A stretch of 64,000 nucleotides of DNA from Mobula hypostoma. Taxonomy: Eukaryota. The stretch covers positions 3,720,001 through 3,784,000 of the forward strand of contig NC_086108.1 in assembly GCF_963921235.1 (NCBI RefSeq). Reading direction: 5' to 3'. Below are positions 1-13,100 of the stretch, in pieces (position 1 is the first letter of the stretch; the number at the start of each line of letters is the position of its first letter). The notes under the pieces were generated by a model. It saw nothing but the letters and a program-made list of their open reading frames with translations, did no database searches and was not told the origin of the DNA. The position numbers and the translations under genes were made by a program.

Positions 1-99
1 TAATATCAATGGGGAAATGTATCTATCTATATTCTTTGTATTTAAAATACTTGCCAATAAGATGGAAAATGTTTTTTAAAATGTAGTATGTTATTTTCG

Positions 100-525
100 A
101 ACATGAGACAATCTGTAGATGCAGGAAATCCAAAACACCACACACAAAAAAGAGTAAACAGTCAACGTTTAAGGCCGAGACCCTTCATCAGGACTGGAAA
201 ACAAGGAGGAAGACACCAGAATAAAAAGGTGGGGAGAGGGGGACAGCTGGAAGGTGATGGCTGAAGCCAGGTGGGTGGGAAAGGTAAAGGTCTGGAGAAG
301 AAGGAATCTAATAGGAGAGGAGAGTGGACCGTAGGAGAAAGGGAAGGAGGAGGGGATCCAGGGGAAGTGATAGGCAGGAGAGAAGTAAAAGATCAGAGTG
401 GGGAATAGGGGAAGTGGGAAGGAGGAAGGGAAAGAGACCAGGTGACAGGTGATGGGTGAAACCAGGTAGGTACTCTTTTCCATAGATACTGCCTGACCTG
501 CTGAGTTCCTCCAGCATTTTGTGAA
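100..525 (-). mobile_element. Penelope-derived non-autonomous repeat fragment
   Basis: Similar to the copies at 41430-41890 and 51721-52242. It carries a degenerate hammerhead motif at about 158-196. Confidence 0.6.
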
Positions 526-654
526 GATGTTATTTTGTAGTTTTTTGTTCAACAGCAAGAAACCTGGACTGAAGTTTAGATACAGAGGAGATTAGTGTTA
601 TCCAAGAACAGCTATTCCAATAGAACAGACATGGAAATGATATTTAGAACATAA

Positions 655-1225
655 AACCATAAGACAAAGGAGCAGAATTAGGCCATTTGGCCCATCAAGT
701 CTTCTCTGTCATTTCATCATGCCTGATCCATTTCCCTCTCAGCTCCAATCTTTTGCCTTTTCATGCCCTGACTAATCAAGAATCCATCAACTTCTGCCTT
801 AAAAATACCCAGTGACTTGGCCTCCACAGCTGCCTATGGTGACAAATTCCACACATTTACCACCCTCTGGCTCAAGAAATTCCTCCTCATCTTGGCTCTA
901 AAAGAACATCCCTCTATTCTGAGGCCGTGTCCTCTGATCTTAGACTTGCCCACTTGCTCTTGATATCCACTCTATCAAGGGCTCTCACCTTTCAATAGAT
1001 TTCAATGAGGCCACCTCTCACTCTCCTGAGCAGAGGCCCAGAGCCATCAGACACTCTTCATATCACAAGCCGTTCAATCCTGGATTAATTTTTGTGATCC
1101 TCCCTTGATCCTGCTCCAGTTTCAGCGCGTCCTTTCCAAGATAAGAAGCACTAACCTGTTCACAATACAAGTGAGACCTCACCAGTGAAGTCCCAACATT
1201 ACATCCTTGCTTTTATATTCTAAAA
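655..1225 (-). mobile_element. CR1 LINE 3' fragment
   Basis: Reverse complement of the CR1 RT C-terminal and 3' tail sequence repeated through the window (gcagaattaggccatttggccc tail). Confidence 0.65.
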
Positions 1226-1444
1226 TTACTCTCATTTTATTGTAATTTGAGTATTTGCAGAGTTTTTCTCCAGGTTTTAATCCATATTTATGCAAGGGAA
1301 ATGGCCCAATCAGGAATCGAACTCAGGTCACTGGGTTGAAAGTCTGGCTGAGAGGACTGAGAGTGAACCCCATTGCAGAAACCGTGGTGCAGACAAAAGT
1401 TGATATGCAGCAGATTCAAAAGCATGCTTTACTTTTTTTTAGCC

Positions 1445-1950
1445 AAGATGGTAGTGGATTTGGCCCAGTACGACACAGGTAAAGCCCTCCCAACTATTGA
1501 GCACCTCTACATGAAACACTGTCAGAGGAAAGCAGCATCCATCATCAGAGATCCCCACCACCCAGGCCATGCTCTCTTCTTGTTGCTGCCATCAGGTAAA
1601 ACATACAAGAGCCTCAGGACTCTCGCCACCAGGTTCAAGAACAGTTCCTACCCCTTACCATCAGGCTCTTGAACAAAAGGGGATAACTACACTCACTTCC
1701 CCATCATTGAGATGTTCCTGCAACCAATGATCTCACTTTAAGGATTCTTTATCTCATTATCTCATGGTCTCATTATCTATTGCTTTTTTTTATATTTGGA
1801 TTTGCACAGTTTGTTGTCTTCTGCACTCTGGTTGATCTTTCATTGATCCTGTTATAGTTACTATTCTGAGTATGCCCGCAAGAAAATGATTCTCAAGGTT
1901 GTATATGGCGACATAAATGTACTTTGATAATAAAATTTACTTTGAACTTT
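1445..1950 (+). mobile_element. Rex1/Babar-like LINE 3' end
   Basis: Encodes ...KAASIIRDPHHPGHALFLLLPSGKTYKSLRTLATRFKNS..., then a 3' UTR ending aataaaatttactttgaactttg. This is a single-copy version of the segment that forms the 95-bp satellite. Confidence 0.7.
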
Positions 1951-2609
1951 GTGACGGGCAAAAACAGGCAACCAGTCCAACTCAAAAATGCAGAAATGCA
2001 AACACAAATGCAGAAATCCAACTCCTTGATGTACACGTATATTCCAGGAATAGCAGGCAGCAAGCCGCAGAGAATCTCAGAAAAAAACACAGACAATCTC
2101 AAAAAAAGAGAGGCTCTTGCTACTTACAAGATCTCACTTTAAGATTGAACAAACTAAGGTACAGGAAGCAGGGTTTAAATACACAGATGTTAATTAGGAA
2201 CGAGTTCAGTCAATGATAATAACAAGCGAGTCCTATCGGTTCTGGGAAGAAAACCCTTGGGGATCTATGTCTGTCCCTGCTGGCCAACCCCAGAATAGAC
2301 CGGAGTCCTCACAATTCACTGAATCTGATTAACTATACTGGAATTCTTTTGAGATGAGTTGGTCTGTGTTCCAAACAGTTTGCCTATCATTGTGTTTGTC
2401 AATTGCTGGACATAATACAGGATGAATCTGATTTTCAAAAGTGGCAAGGTGTGACCAGTGTTTTCTGCTTTCAGTGTGATTGGGAGTGATGAATCAAGAT
2501 TTTCAAACATCTACCATTACTTAACCCACCTCGACAGGACACACTTTCTCCTCTCAGTGGGATAAAAGTGTTTTGGGACTGTAATGGGCTCCAAAGCACT
2601 CAGAGACAC

Positions 2610-3925
2610 TTCAAAGTTCAAAGAAAACTTATTATCAAAGTACATATGTATTATCATATACAACCCTGAGATTCGTTTTCTTGTGGACATTCACAATAAA
2701 TCCAACAACTATAATAGAATCAGTGAAATACATACCACACCCAACAGGGCAGACAATCAGAGTACAGAAGGCCAACAAATGCAAATACAAACAGAAAGAA
2801 ATAATAATAATAAACAAATAAACAACAAATATCCAGAACATGAGATGAAGAGTCTTTGAAAGTGAGTTCATAGGTTGTGGGAATATTTCAATGATGGGGC
2901 AAGTGAAGTTGAATGTAGTTATCCCCTTTAGTTCAGGAGCTTGATGGTTGTGGGGTAATAACTGTTCCTGAACCTGGTGGTGTGGGACCTGAGGCTCATT
3001 GTGGTGAGTGAAGTTATCCACACTGGTTCAGGAGCCTGATGGTTGTGGGGTAATAACTGTTCCTGAACCTGGTGGTGTGGGACCTGAGGGTCATTGTGGT
3101 GAGTGAAGTTATCCACACTGGTTCAGGAGTCTGATGGTTGTGGGGTAATAACTGTTCCTGAACCTGGTGGTGTGGGACCTGAGGCTCATTGTGGGGAGTG
3201 AAGTTATCCACACTGGTTCAGTAGCCTGATGGTTGTGGGGTAATAACTGTTCCTGAACCTGGTGGTGTGGGACCTGAGGCTCATTGTGGTGAGTGAAGTT
3301 ATCCACACTGGTTCAGGAGCCTGATGGTTGTGGGGTAATAACTGTTCCTGAACCTGGTGGTGTGGGACCTGAGGGTCATTGTGGTGAGTGAAGTTATCCA
3401 CACTGGTTCAGGAGCCTGATGGTTGTGGGGTAATAACTGTTCCTGAACCTAGTGGTGTGGGACCTGAGGCTCATTGTGCTGAGTGAAGTTATCCACACTG
3501 GTTCAGGAGCCTGATGGTTGTGGGGTAATAACTGTTCCTGAACCTGGTGGTGTGGGACCTGAGGCTCCTGTACCTCCTTCCCACTGGTAGCAGTGAGAAG
3601 AGAGTATGTCCTGGGTGGTAGGGATCCCTGATGATGGATGCTGCTTTCCTGCGACAACATTTCATGTAGTGCTCAATGGTGGGGAAGGATTTTACTTATG
3701 ATGGACTGGACCACATCCACTACTTCTTTGTAGGATTTTCCGTTCAAGGGCATTGGTGTTTCCATACCAGGCTGTGACGCAGCTGGTCAGTATACTCTCC
3801 ACTACACATCTATAGAAGTTTGTCAAAGTTTTAGATGTCGTGCTGAACCCGCAAACTTCTAAGGAAGCAGGGGCACTGCTGTGCTTCCTTTGTAATGGCA
3901 CCAAGTGCTGGGCCAGGGCAGGTAC
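2610..3925 (-). mobile_element. Rex1/Babar-like LINE 3' fragment containing a 95-bp mini-array
   Basis: Minus-strand TLTNFYRCVVESILTSCVTAWYGN and a 3' tail (ttcaaagttcaaag on +) flank the array. Confidence 0.75.
2918..3567. repeat. 95-bp tandem array, about 7 copies
   Basis: Same unit as the terminal satellite. ORF-track entries recur every 95 bp. Confidence 0.95.
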
Positions 3926-4320
3926 ATTTCTTGTCAAAGCATGTACGTTATCGAAGTATATACACAAACCTGACCTTCGTTCTCCTGCTGGAAGCCACGA
4001 AATTGTGAAGAGGGACGGGATCTGTTGAGTTGAGCACCACCAGCCATCAGTCACTGTATATTGGTATTTTGGAGATTTTTCACAAGTTTTAAGCCAACAA
4101 ATTACCGACTCAAAAGAAATACTTTGCAAAGATAAACACGTTTTGTGTTTCCTTGAAACGTTTATGCATAAATCACTGTTTTCAAATTTCATTCCCTACT
4201 GCCTGGCAGTCACAGCTATTTGTCCTTGGAAGTGTGATTCGGATGCAAGGAGGTGTGGAGAATCTTTGATGGGTTTGTCATCAAATGTATACCTTGTCTC
4301 GGACTGAAATAACATCCTAC

Positions 4321-4348
4321 TCGGTTTCTTCTGTCTGTCTTCTTGTAG
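4321..4348 (+). promoter_or_regulatory. Probable splice acceptor of the first coding exon (implies an upstream non-coding exon)
   Basis: Polypyrimidine tract tcggtttcttctgtctgtcttcttgtAG ends 96 nt before the ATG. Confidence 0.55.
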
Positions 4349-4444
4349 TGACGATCATACTGGGGTAGGATAGCGACTCGTCTGCCTGGGCCATTCAGGA
4401 GAGAGAGAGAGAGAGAGACTCTTAACCCGAGTCTAACCTTGAGC

Positions 4445-4541
4445 ATGATGTCCTACATTAAACAACCACATTATGCAGTCAACGGGCTGACCCTTACCGG
4501 CTCGGGTATGGACCTCTTGCACTCGGCCGTCGGATATCAAA
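4445..4541 (+). CDS. otx5: Otx5/Crx homeobox gene, coding exon 1 (97 nt, phase-1 end)
   Basis: ATG at 4445 reads [32 protein letters not shown], the Otx N-terminus with Otx5-type YIKQPHY and LLHSAVGY. A canonical donor A|GTAAGT follows at 4542. Confidence 0.93.
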
Positions 4542-4789
4542 GTAAGTCGTTAATATTTTGTTCAGACTCCCTTTTCCTCACCGTTCCCTCCAGGGTGTGC
4601 AGCCACGCAGTAACCGAAATGCTTCCGTGCTCATAGCCTTTGTTGCCACGCAGCTGGAAACTTCTTGTACGTAATGTAAATTTAAAGTGCTGCGCAGATT
4701 TTAGGCCGCGTAAAAAAATAAAATAAAATTTAAAAAAATTCCTGCTCTGTTCCACACACACATATAACAGCTGAGCCCGGGATTGAAAA

Positions 4790-5007
4790 CAAGAGAGAAT
4801 CTGCAGATGCTGGAAATCCGAGCAGCACACACAAAATGCAGGAGGAACTCAGCAGGCCAGGCAGCATCTATGGAAAATAGTACAGGCAACGTTTTGAGCT
4901 GAAACCCTTCTCCAGTCCTGCTGAAGGGTTTCGGCCTGAAACGTCGACTGTACATTTCTCCGTAGCTGCTGCCTGGCCTGCTGAGTTCCTCCAGCATGTT
5001 GTGTGTG
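4790..5007. mobile_element. Inverted (palindromic) pair of Penelope-derived repeat ends
   Basis: cacacacaaaatgcaggaggaactcagcaggccaggcagc is mirrored by gctgcctggcctgctgagttcctccagcatgttgtgtgtg. Confidence 0.65.
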
Positions 5008-5744
5008 AGGCTAGGATCGAGTCTGGGCTTCAAGAGCTGTGGGGCAGGGGTTCTGCTGCCTGTGCCTCTCACTCTGAGTTGCGGGGTGGGGAGCTGAGGT
5101 CTGTGTGATACTTCCAGCTGCAACTCACTGGTCACTGATGTCTGCCTTCAAACAGACAACTTTGGGTGCGAGACCCTCCCTGACACTAGGGCATTGATTC
5201 AAAGTGAAAGAAGATGCAAGGTTTGCTAAGTTATGTGAAGAACAGATAAAGATTAAAGGTTAGATTTATTTGTCACACGTACAGTGAAATGCGTCGTTTG
5301 TCCGAGAATGTGCTGAGGGAAGCCTGAGAGTGTTGCCATGGCTCTGGCATCAACATAGCTCGCTCACAACCCACTAACTCTAACACAGCTTACCCTTAAG
5401 CTTTTCACCTTTCGCCCTTAACCCATGACCTCTAGTTCTAGCCTTACCCAATCTCAGTGGAGAAAGCCTGCTTGCAGCTACTGTATTGATACCCCTTATA
5501 ATTTTGTATGCCTCTAATCTTCTACATTCTAAGGAATGAAGCCCCCACTTACTCAATCTTGCTCTGTAAGTTAGAATATAGGGATCAGGACATCCTGAGG
5601 ACATGCAGTTTTATAGAACTCAGGACATAGCTTAGTACAGGCCCTTTAGTCCATCATAACTGTGCCAAATTAAACTCATCCCTTCTGCATGCACGTGATC
5701 CACATCGCTCCATTCTGCGCACATTCATGCGCCTGTCTAATGAT

Positions 5745-6240
5745 GCGGAGACACATCCTTGGGTGCGCTGGACACATCATCACTGATGTAACCTGGGGTC
5801 ATCGGGGGTTTCGAGTCTTTCAACATCAGACACGCTCGCCCAGGCGACCCAGCCAGGGTTGGTGAGGCTTGCGTCCCAGCAGCATTGGTCCACGTGATCA
5901 ATAGCCATCTGGAGGCTCACTCAGCAGCCTCTCTGACGATCCTGATGGCTCGTTCTTTGCAGCCCCCCCTGTAGTGCCAAGGAGAGAATAGGTTCTGCAG
6001 AGCGAGCAGCCAACGAAACCTCCGCACCCCATCTCTATGGGCTCGTACCGTGTCCTCCACCCTGTCTCTGGCACTGCTCTACCAGCTCCTGGGGTTTGCC
6101 TTTCTTATGCTCGAACACCACCTCAATCCGGTCTTCCCAAGGAACTCTCAGTTCTACCATGACCACCTACTTTGAGATTTCTGACAGAATAACCATGTCA
6201 AGCCTCAGTGATGATGATGTGATGGTCAGGGCACTTTAAT
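5745..6240 (-). mobile_element. HERO-like (restriction-like endonuclease) non-LTR retrotransposon 3' fragment
   Basis: Minus-strand translation LRLDMVILSEISK*VVMVELRVPWEDRIEVVFEHKKGK...EMGCGGFVG resembles the degraded PD..D/ExK endonuclease C-terminus of HERO-clade elements. Confidence 0.6.
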
Positions 6241-6329
6241 TGCTTCTCAAAACCGACTGAGCTCCTTAAACACCTCTGTCATATCTGTCTCCACAGCCGC
6301 CCCTTGCAGCACATTCCAGCCACCCACCA

Positions 6330-6782
6330 CTCTCTGCGTGAACACTTGCCTCACACAGCTCTTGTAAATTCCAGTAAATGCATGCCCACTCCTCCAGGAG
6401 GACCACTACCTCGTCATGGAGTTTGGAGGCTTGCAGGCCTCGATGACCCGGAGAGCTATGTTGGCTGGAGTCAGGGTTTTGTCACCCGTGCCAAACAGGT
6501 CAAAGGGTAGAGGACAGACTCAGAGTGGTCCCCTGGTCCTCCAGGTTCAGGGATTCAGCTCAGGGTAACAACCCTGACTGGTCAAACAAAATTGTTACGG
6601 AAACAGCAATGGAGAATCCTTCTGCATCTGAGTGTGACGGTATTCCTGAGTCTCCACCCGGGACTTGCATGACTGACAGTGGTGAAAACTGAGCTGACGA
6701 AGAAAGCTCTGAATACTGCTAGTGACGGAGGACCTTCACCGCTGCCCTAGGTGCTAATGGTGTGATGGGCAAAAAGTAAGCG
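6330..6782 (+). mobile_element. RTE-related non-autonomous repeat
   Basis: Reverse-complement match to 30310-30700, ending in a gtaag tail. Family assigned from recalled RTE-like motifs. Confidence 0.45.
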
Positions 6783-7739
6783 TCCTTGCTAGTATTTGAC
6801 ATTTCTACCTTGGGAGGGGTGGTAAAATAGCTTGTGGCGGAATTAGAATGAGAATGGGGTTCGTTATTACTCTCTAATATGTTGTGAAATTTGTTTTGTG
6901 GCAGCAGTAATGTGCAGGGACACAAACATTTCCATAAATTACAAATTAAAAATAATTTTTTTTAGAAAAAGGAGTACTGAGTTAAATGACAAACAAGAGA
7001 AAATCTGCAGATGTTGGAAATTCAGGCAACACACACAAAAATGCTGGAGGAACTCAGCAGGCCAGGCAGTGCCTATGGATTTAAATAAACAGTCAGGGTT
7101 TCAGGCTGAGAACCTTCTTCAGAACTGCGGAGGAAAGGAGAAGACTCCAGAATGAAAAGGTGGGGAGAGGGGAAGGAGGGCAGCTCAAAGGTGACATGTG
7201 AGCTAAGGTGACATGTGAGCTAGGTGGGTGAGAAAGGTCAAGGGCAGGAGGAGAACAGATCATGGGAGAAAGGGAAGGAGGAGGGCATGGGCCCAGTAAT
7301 GGGTGTCTTCTTGAGGCATTCATAATGAGGATTTCCTGGATGGTGGAGAGCATGGTGATGCTGCTGCCTGAGCCCTCAGAGCTCTGCTGTAAACTCTTCC
7401 TAGTGTAGATGGTCGAAGGTGTGGAGGGTGGGGAGAGCCAGTGAGAATGCAGGGAGACAAATCTACAATGTTTTTATTTATATATTGAGATACAGAGCAG
7501 AATAGGCCTTTCTGGGCCTTCCAGCCGAGCCGCCCTGCAACCCCTCCATTTAATCCTGATTAGAGCTCATCACTCACATATGTCATGAAATTAGTATTTT
7601 TGTGGCAGCAGTACGATGCAATACATTAAATCACTACAGGACTGGGCAAACGGCTTAGGCACTGTACTGCACATCATGGAAATGGGTTCTTCAGCCTTTA
7701 CAACAGAGATGAGGAGGAATTTCTTTAGCCAGAGGGTGT

Positions 7740-8178
7740 TGTCGGATGTCTGATCCTCAGGGTTCTTTCAGGAGTCAGGAATGATGAGAAGTCTTAATCC
7801 CGAGATCTCAATTTGTTTTAGAGTACAAACAAACATAAAAATACTAAGAAAACTAAATAAAGAGCTGAGAAACAGTGCTAAGGGGGAACTAATGCAAAGA
7901 CAAAAGAATAAAGGTGGTGCTTGAAAAATCTATCACCTTTGTAGATAAAGTCAGGGAAATTCCTCAGATAGGAATAAACTAGTTAATAGGTTACATATTT
8001 AAACAATAACATCACATAGGTAATGTGCTAATACTTAGCCAATGAAAAATGAGAGTGGTGATAAACCAGTAGTTTAGCTGCTATTCCGCTTTCTACCAGT
8101 CAATGTGAAAAATTTAAGAGTTTGTTAAAAAGTACAAATCTTATAAAAAGTATTATTAAAGAAAAGTGGTTTCCAACA
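7740..8178. mobile_element. Putative solo LTR inserted in a CR1 fragment
   Basis: Ends TGTCGGA...TCCAACA with near-TSD gtgt/gtga. It interrupts the CR1 string agccagagggtg|gtgataaatctgtg. Confidence 0.55.
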
Positions 8179-8713
8179 GTGATAAATCTGTGCAATTATT
8201 TGCCACAGACGGCTATGGAAGCTGAGTCATTTGAGTGTATTTAAAGTAGAGATTGATAGTTTCTTGATTAGTCAGGGCATCCAAGATTATGGGGAGAAGG
8301 CAGAAGAATGGTGTTGAGAGGGATAATAAATTAACTATGATGGAATGATGCCGTAGACTTGATGGGCTGAACGGCCTAATTCAGCTCCTATGGCTAGTTT
8401 ATTCATTCTTTGATAATAAACATACTTTGAATCTTTGAATTCTGTAACCTTCAGAAGGTGTCAGAGTCAGACTGTACTGAACAAGACCCTTCAGCCCAAC
8501 TCATCTAGGCTGACGCAGATGCCTACCGAACTAGGCCTATTTGACCGTATTTGGCCCAATTTCTATAGAGCACAGGTTCTCAACCCGAGATCCATGGACA
8601 TGTCGGTTAATGGTCGGCACCCATGGCATGAAAATGGTTGGAAAGGCTTGCTTTAAACCTTTCTAATCTAGTCACAACAGCAGTTTGTTAATTGGGGAAG
8701 AATCAGTGAGATG

Positions 8714-9195
8714 CACTCTGTGGCTACATTATTAGATACCCCTTGAACCCGATAAAGTGGCCACTGAGTATATGTTCATGGTCTTCTGCCGCACGGTTCA
8801 ATGTGTTGTGCGTACAGAGATGCTCTTTTGCACACCACTTTTGTAACATGTGGTTATTTGAATTACTGTCACCTTGAGCCAGTCTGGCCATTCTCCACTG
8901 AACTCTCTCACTAACAAAGCGTTTTCATCACGGAACAGCTGCTCACTGTAAACTCCAGAGACTGTTGTGCATGAGAATCAGTTTCTGAGGTACTCAAACC
9001 ACCCATCTGTCACCGACAATCATTTCAAAAGTCGCTTAGACCATATTTTTTTCTGTATCATGATGTTTGGTCTGAACAGCAACTGAGCCTCTTGACCATG
9101 TCTGCATGCTTTTATGCACTGAGTTACTGCCACATGATTGGCTGATTAGATGTTTGCATTAATGAGCAGGTGTACCTAATAAAGTGGCCACTGCG
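8714..9195. mobile_element. Non-autonomous Tc1/mariner-like DNA element
   Basis: Terminal inverted repeats cactctgtggctacattattagatac / gtacctaataaagtggccactg. A related fragment lies at about 25250-25395. Confidence 0.55.
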
Positions 9196-9684
9196 AGACA
9201 AAGACAAGACAAATTCATCTTAAACTCCATTTAATGATAGTCAAAATACTTCTTTCCTGAAACTTAATACTTAAATAATCAATGAAGTTTCTTTGTAACG
9301 TTAAAAAACACTGCAGGAATTTAGTGCACAATAATGATCCCATAAGTTTCCTCATGGTGCCTGGACAATAAGTTTTAAGTTAAGGAGATAGTGCAAGCAA
9401 GTTCACTGGTTCCATTTAATATCAGAGAATGTATACAGTATACAACCTGAAATCCTTACTCTTCACTGACATCCTCGAAGCAGATGAGAAACCCCAAAGA
9501 ATGAATGACTGGGAAACAACATAAGAACCCCAAAGCCCCTGCTCCCCTCCCACACAAAAGCAGCATCAACTCTCCTCCCACTCTCCGTCCACACAAGTAA
9601 CAGCAAAGCCCCAAAGAGTGACCATGGTCTAGAGTCCATCAAAAGCCACCGTTCATCCCAACAGTTCAACATCCCACAGGCTCT

Positions 9685-12354
9685 CTTGCGTCTGCAGAAC
9701 TACATATATATTAGATAAAAGCATGCACGCAGGAGATGGCTCTAACTGGTGGATTCACATTGCAATGAACAAGAGAGAGAGAGAACGATGTGTATGCATA
9801 GACAACAGCGCATGTGCAGACAACAGATCAATATTTGGTGCTAAGCGAGGGGTGTCATTCCCTAAACGAAATAGATCCATACACTACACTTCCTCCCCCT
9901 TTAAATTAATGCAACATAAAACCATAAATGTACAAAACATTCAATTTCCCTTTCATAAACCCATATACCAAATAAACATGCTTTCAGAATAACAGCTCAT
10001 AACTAACTTCACAGCTCTAAAGGTTCAGTCTTCTGGTTGGCGTCTGTTTCTTTCAGGATATCTCCTCTGGGCCTGTGGGGTGGCATCAGATGTGGCAGGC
10101 GTCTTGTCTAAGCCAACATTCTCGGTTTCCAGCGTTGCGTTGCTGTCAGTGACATCATCACAAAGAGATAAGGCTGGTGGATGGAATGTGTCCATCTTGT
10201 TGGATGCAATCAACTCAGTGTTCTTCAGCTGAGCATCCGGTTTCTGGTCCACATGACATCTCTATGTCTGATTTCCAAGATCCACTGTATACGCCAGTGG
10301 TCCAGTTCTTGCAGCTATCCTACTGGGTCTCCACTTGTCTTCTTGGCAATCAGACGCCAGGGCTTCCTGTCCAATCCCAAAGCTCCTTGCTGCTCCACTT
10401 GGATACTGGCTGAACTGTTTATTTTGTACTTCCTTTCATAGGTCTGGTTTCAGGAGGTCTATGCAATTCCTGCTCATGAACAGCATCGCACGCGTTTGAT
10501 TTGTCGTCGCATGAACAGAGTTCCAATACACAAAAAAGAAGTTGTCCACCTTGTGATGTAGAGAAAAGTCCTCCTTGTCCGTTGGTTTAATGGACTTCTT
10601 GAAGGTTTGGATAAACCTTTCAGTTAACCCATTTGTTGCTGGGTGGTGAGGAGCTGACTTGAAATGTCAGATGCTATTTCTCTTCATGAACAGTTGGAAT
10701 TCTTCTGACGTGTATTGTGGTCCAGTGTCACTCACAATTTGTTCTGATAAGCCATTTCCAGTGAAGATAGTCCTCAGAGCAGAGACAGTCTTTGCTGATG
10801 TGGTTGACTTCATTGGTATAACCTCTGGCCACTTCGAATGAGCATTCACAGCAATCAGGAACGTGTAAACCATGAATGGCCCAGCAAAGTCAATATGTAC
10901 ACTTTGCCATGGTGATGGTGGCCACTCCCACTGGTATAACCTTTTGGCATCCTGAATAATTTTTGGCCAAGTCTTCGATCTGTTTATCTATTCCTTCCTC
11001 AAACACCTGATTAGCATTAAGCAGCTGTGACAACCTCTGGTTAGTGCTACCATTTGGGCTGCAGTTGCCTTTTAATGCCACACTGAGAGCTTTGATTTAG
11101 TGCCAGCCTAGTTGGATTTTTCTCAACCATTTACATCTGAAAAGTGCTGGCCCTCCACTTTTCAATACATATCTTAGAAAACAGCCTGTTGTAGTCAGCC
11201 TCTGGAATTATGGATAAATCTGACCCTGTATCTGGCTCCATTTTCAGATCTACACCAGACACATCTATCGTGATCCAGATGATTTTGCAATCTGCTTCAG
11301 TATTACTATGCAGTTCCAGGCATGACAGTTCACCTTTATCAGACTCTGTTGTTTGATTCTGTTTTCCATTTGGTAATTTTATGTATTTACTTAGATATGT
11401 GTTTGAGACTTTTCACTCAGTTTTTATCTGCCTTGCACATTCTCTCTGTGTGATCTTGTCTGTGACACTTTCTGCAGACTTTTTCTTTGAACCACCAGGC
11501 ATTTGCATCATGGGAGGATTTGCCACATCAATATCATTTTTGCCTTTTTGCACCATTCAGGGACACTGTGCCAATAGCCTCATTTCAATGCTTTGACTAC
11601 GCATACCACATACAAGTCTGTCCCTTAATGCATCAGAAAATCCATCTCTAAAGTCACAGTACTGGGAAAGTTTGCACAGTTCTGCAATGTATTCAGAATG
11701 CTTTCACCTTTTGACTGGTTCTTTTGTAAAATCTAAATCTCTCAGCTTTTGCCAACGGCTTAGGATACAAGTGATTTTGTAAAATTGTAGCAATTTCGTT
11801 GAAGCTCTTGCTTGCTGGCTTTCCAGGGATTACTAAGTTGCCTAAGAGACTGTATGACCTTCCACCATTAAGCTAAGAAGCATGAGAGCTTTCTTGTACT
11901 CCCCCATGTTGTTTCTGTTACAAGACAGTTCAACTCTCTTGACATACAACTCCCAACCTTCATTAGTGCTTCCAAATTTGTCAACTTCCCTGACTGAAGC
12001 CATGGCCACGCTGTTTTCACTTTATATTCAGCGTGTCTTTCAAAGTTACTCATGCGTCCTTTGGCTTTTTCGTGCTGTTTAACTCTCGCTGTTTCGTCCC
12101 ACCACTATCGGTGCAGTTCGTGATATTCTCAGACTTTCAGGTTCATACTCATAGCCAATTCGCTGTGTCTGTGCCCAACTACATATCAATTAAATAAAAG
12201 CATGAACGCGAGAGATGGCTAGTGTATTCACACTGCAGCGAGAGAGAGAACAATGTGCATGCGCAGACAACAGCGCATGCACAGGTGACAGATCAGTACT
12301 GGTGGGGCTGGGGGGGTGTTCATTGCTCTAAAAGAAATAGAGCCATACATTACG
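9685..12354 (-). mobile_element. Internally deleted Gypsy/Ty3 LTR retrotransposon (decayed)
   Basis: About 200-bp direct repeats at about 9685-9888 and 12160-12354. PPT AGGGGGAGGAAG (9889-9900) abuts TGTAG, and a PBS-like TTGGCTATGAG lies at about 12148-12158. Gag, protease (DTGSDLSII) and integrase remnants (FLIAVNAHSKWPEVIPMKSTTSAKTV; HPATNGLTERF) are present, but RT/RNase H is largely missing. Confidence 0.85.
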
Positions 12355-12639
12355 TCTCTCTCACCAACAAGGGAGAGAGAGATATCACTCCTTTCACAGC
12401 AAGAAGGGGTCAAACAGCTCACTGTTTCACTGTTAGTGGAAAAAGAGGCATTAGGAGAAGAAGAATTTAAATTGTTCCAGTGACGGGCTGGGAGAAGTTG
12501 CCCTCTGACACCATCTGTAGCTCCGCCCACATTCACCAAAACTTATTATTAATTAGGATGCAAAATATTTTAACCAGAACAGATTTTCAAAAATACTTTA
12601 GTTATAAGAGCAAGGCGGAGCCGGTGTATTTTTTGGCAA

Positions 12640-13100
12640 GTTTACAAGGATGTTGCCGGGTCTGGAGGACCTGAGTTATAAGGGAAGATTGAATAGGTTA
12701 GAACTTTACTCCTTGGGACATAGAATATTGAGAGAAGATTTGATAGAGTTATACAAAATTATGAAGGGTATAGATAGGGTAAATGGAAGCAGGCTTTTTC
12801 CACGGGTTGGACAGAATTATGACCAGAGGTCATGGGTTAAGGGTGAAAAGTGAAAAGTTTAAGAGGAAAATGAGGGGAAACTTATTCACTCAGAGAGTGG
12901 TGAGAGTGTGGAATCAGTTGTCAGCACAAGTGATGCATGCGAGCTCGATTTCAACGTTTAAGAGGTTTGATAGGTGTGTGGATGGCAGGAGTATGCAGGG
13001 CTATGGTCCCGGTGCAGGTCAATGGGAGTAGGTAGTTTAAATGGCTCATCATGGACTAGATGGGCTGAAGGGCCTGTTTTTGTGCTGTCCTTTTCTATGA
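12640..13100 (+). mobile_element. CR1 LINE 3' fragment
   Basis: MLPGLEDLSYKGRLNRLELYSL...TRGHGLRVK...FTQRVVRVWNQL is the CR1 RT C-terminus. Confidence 0.8.
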
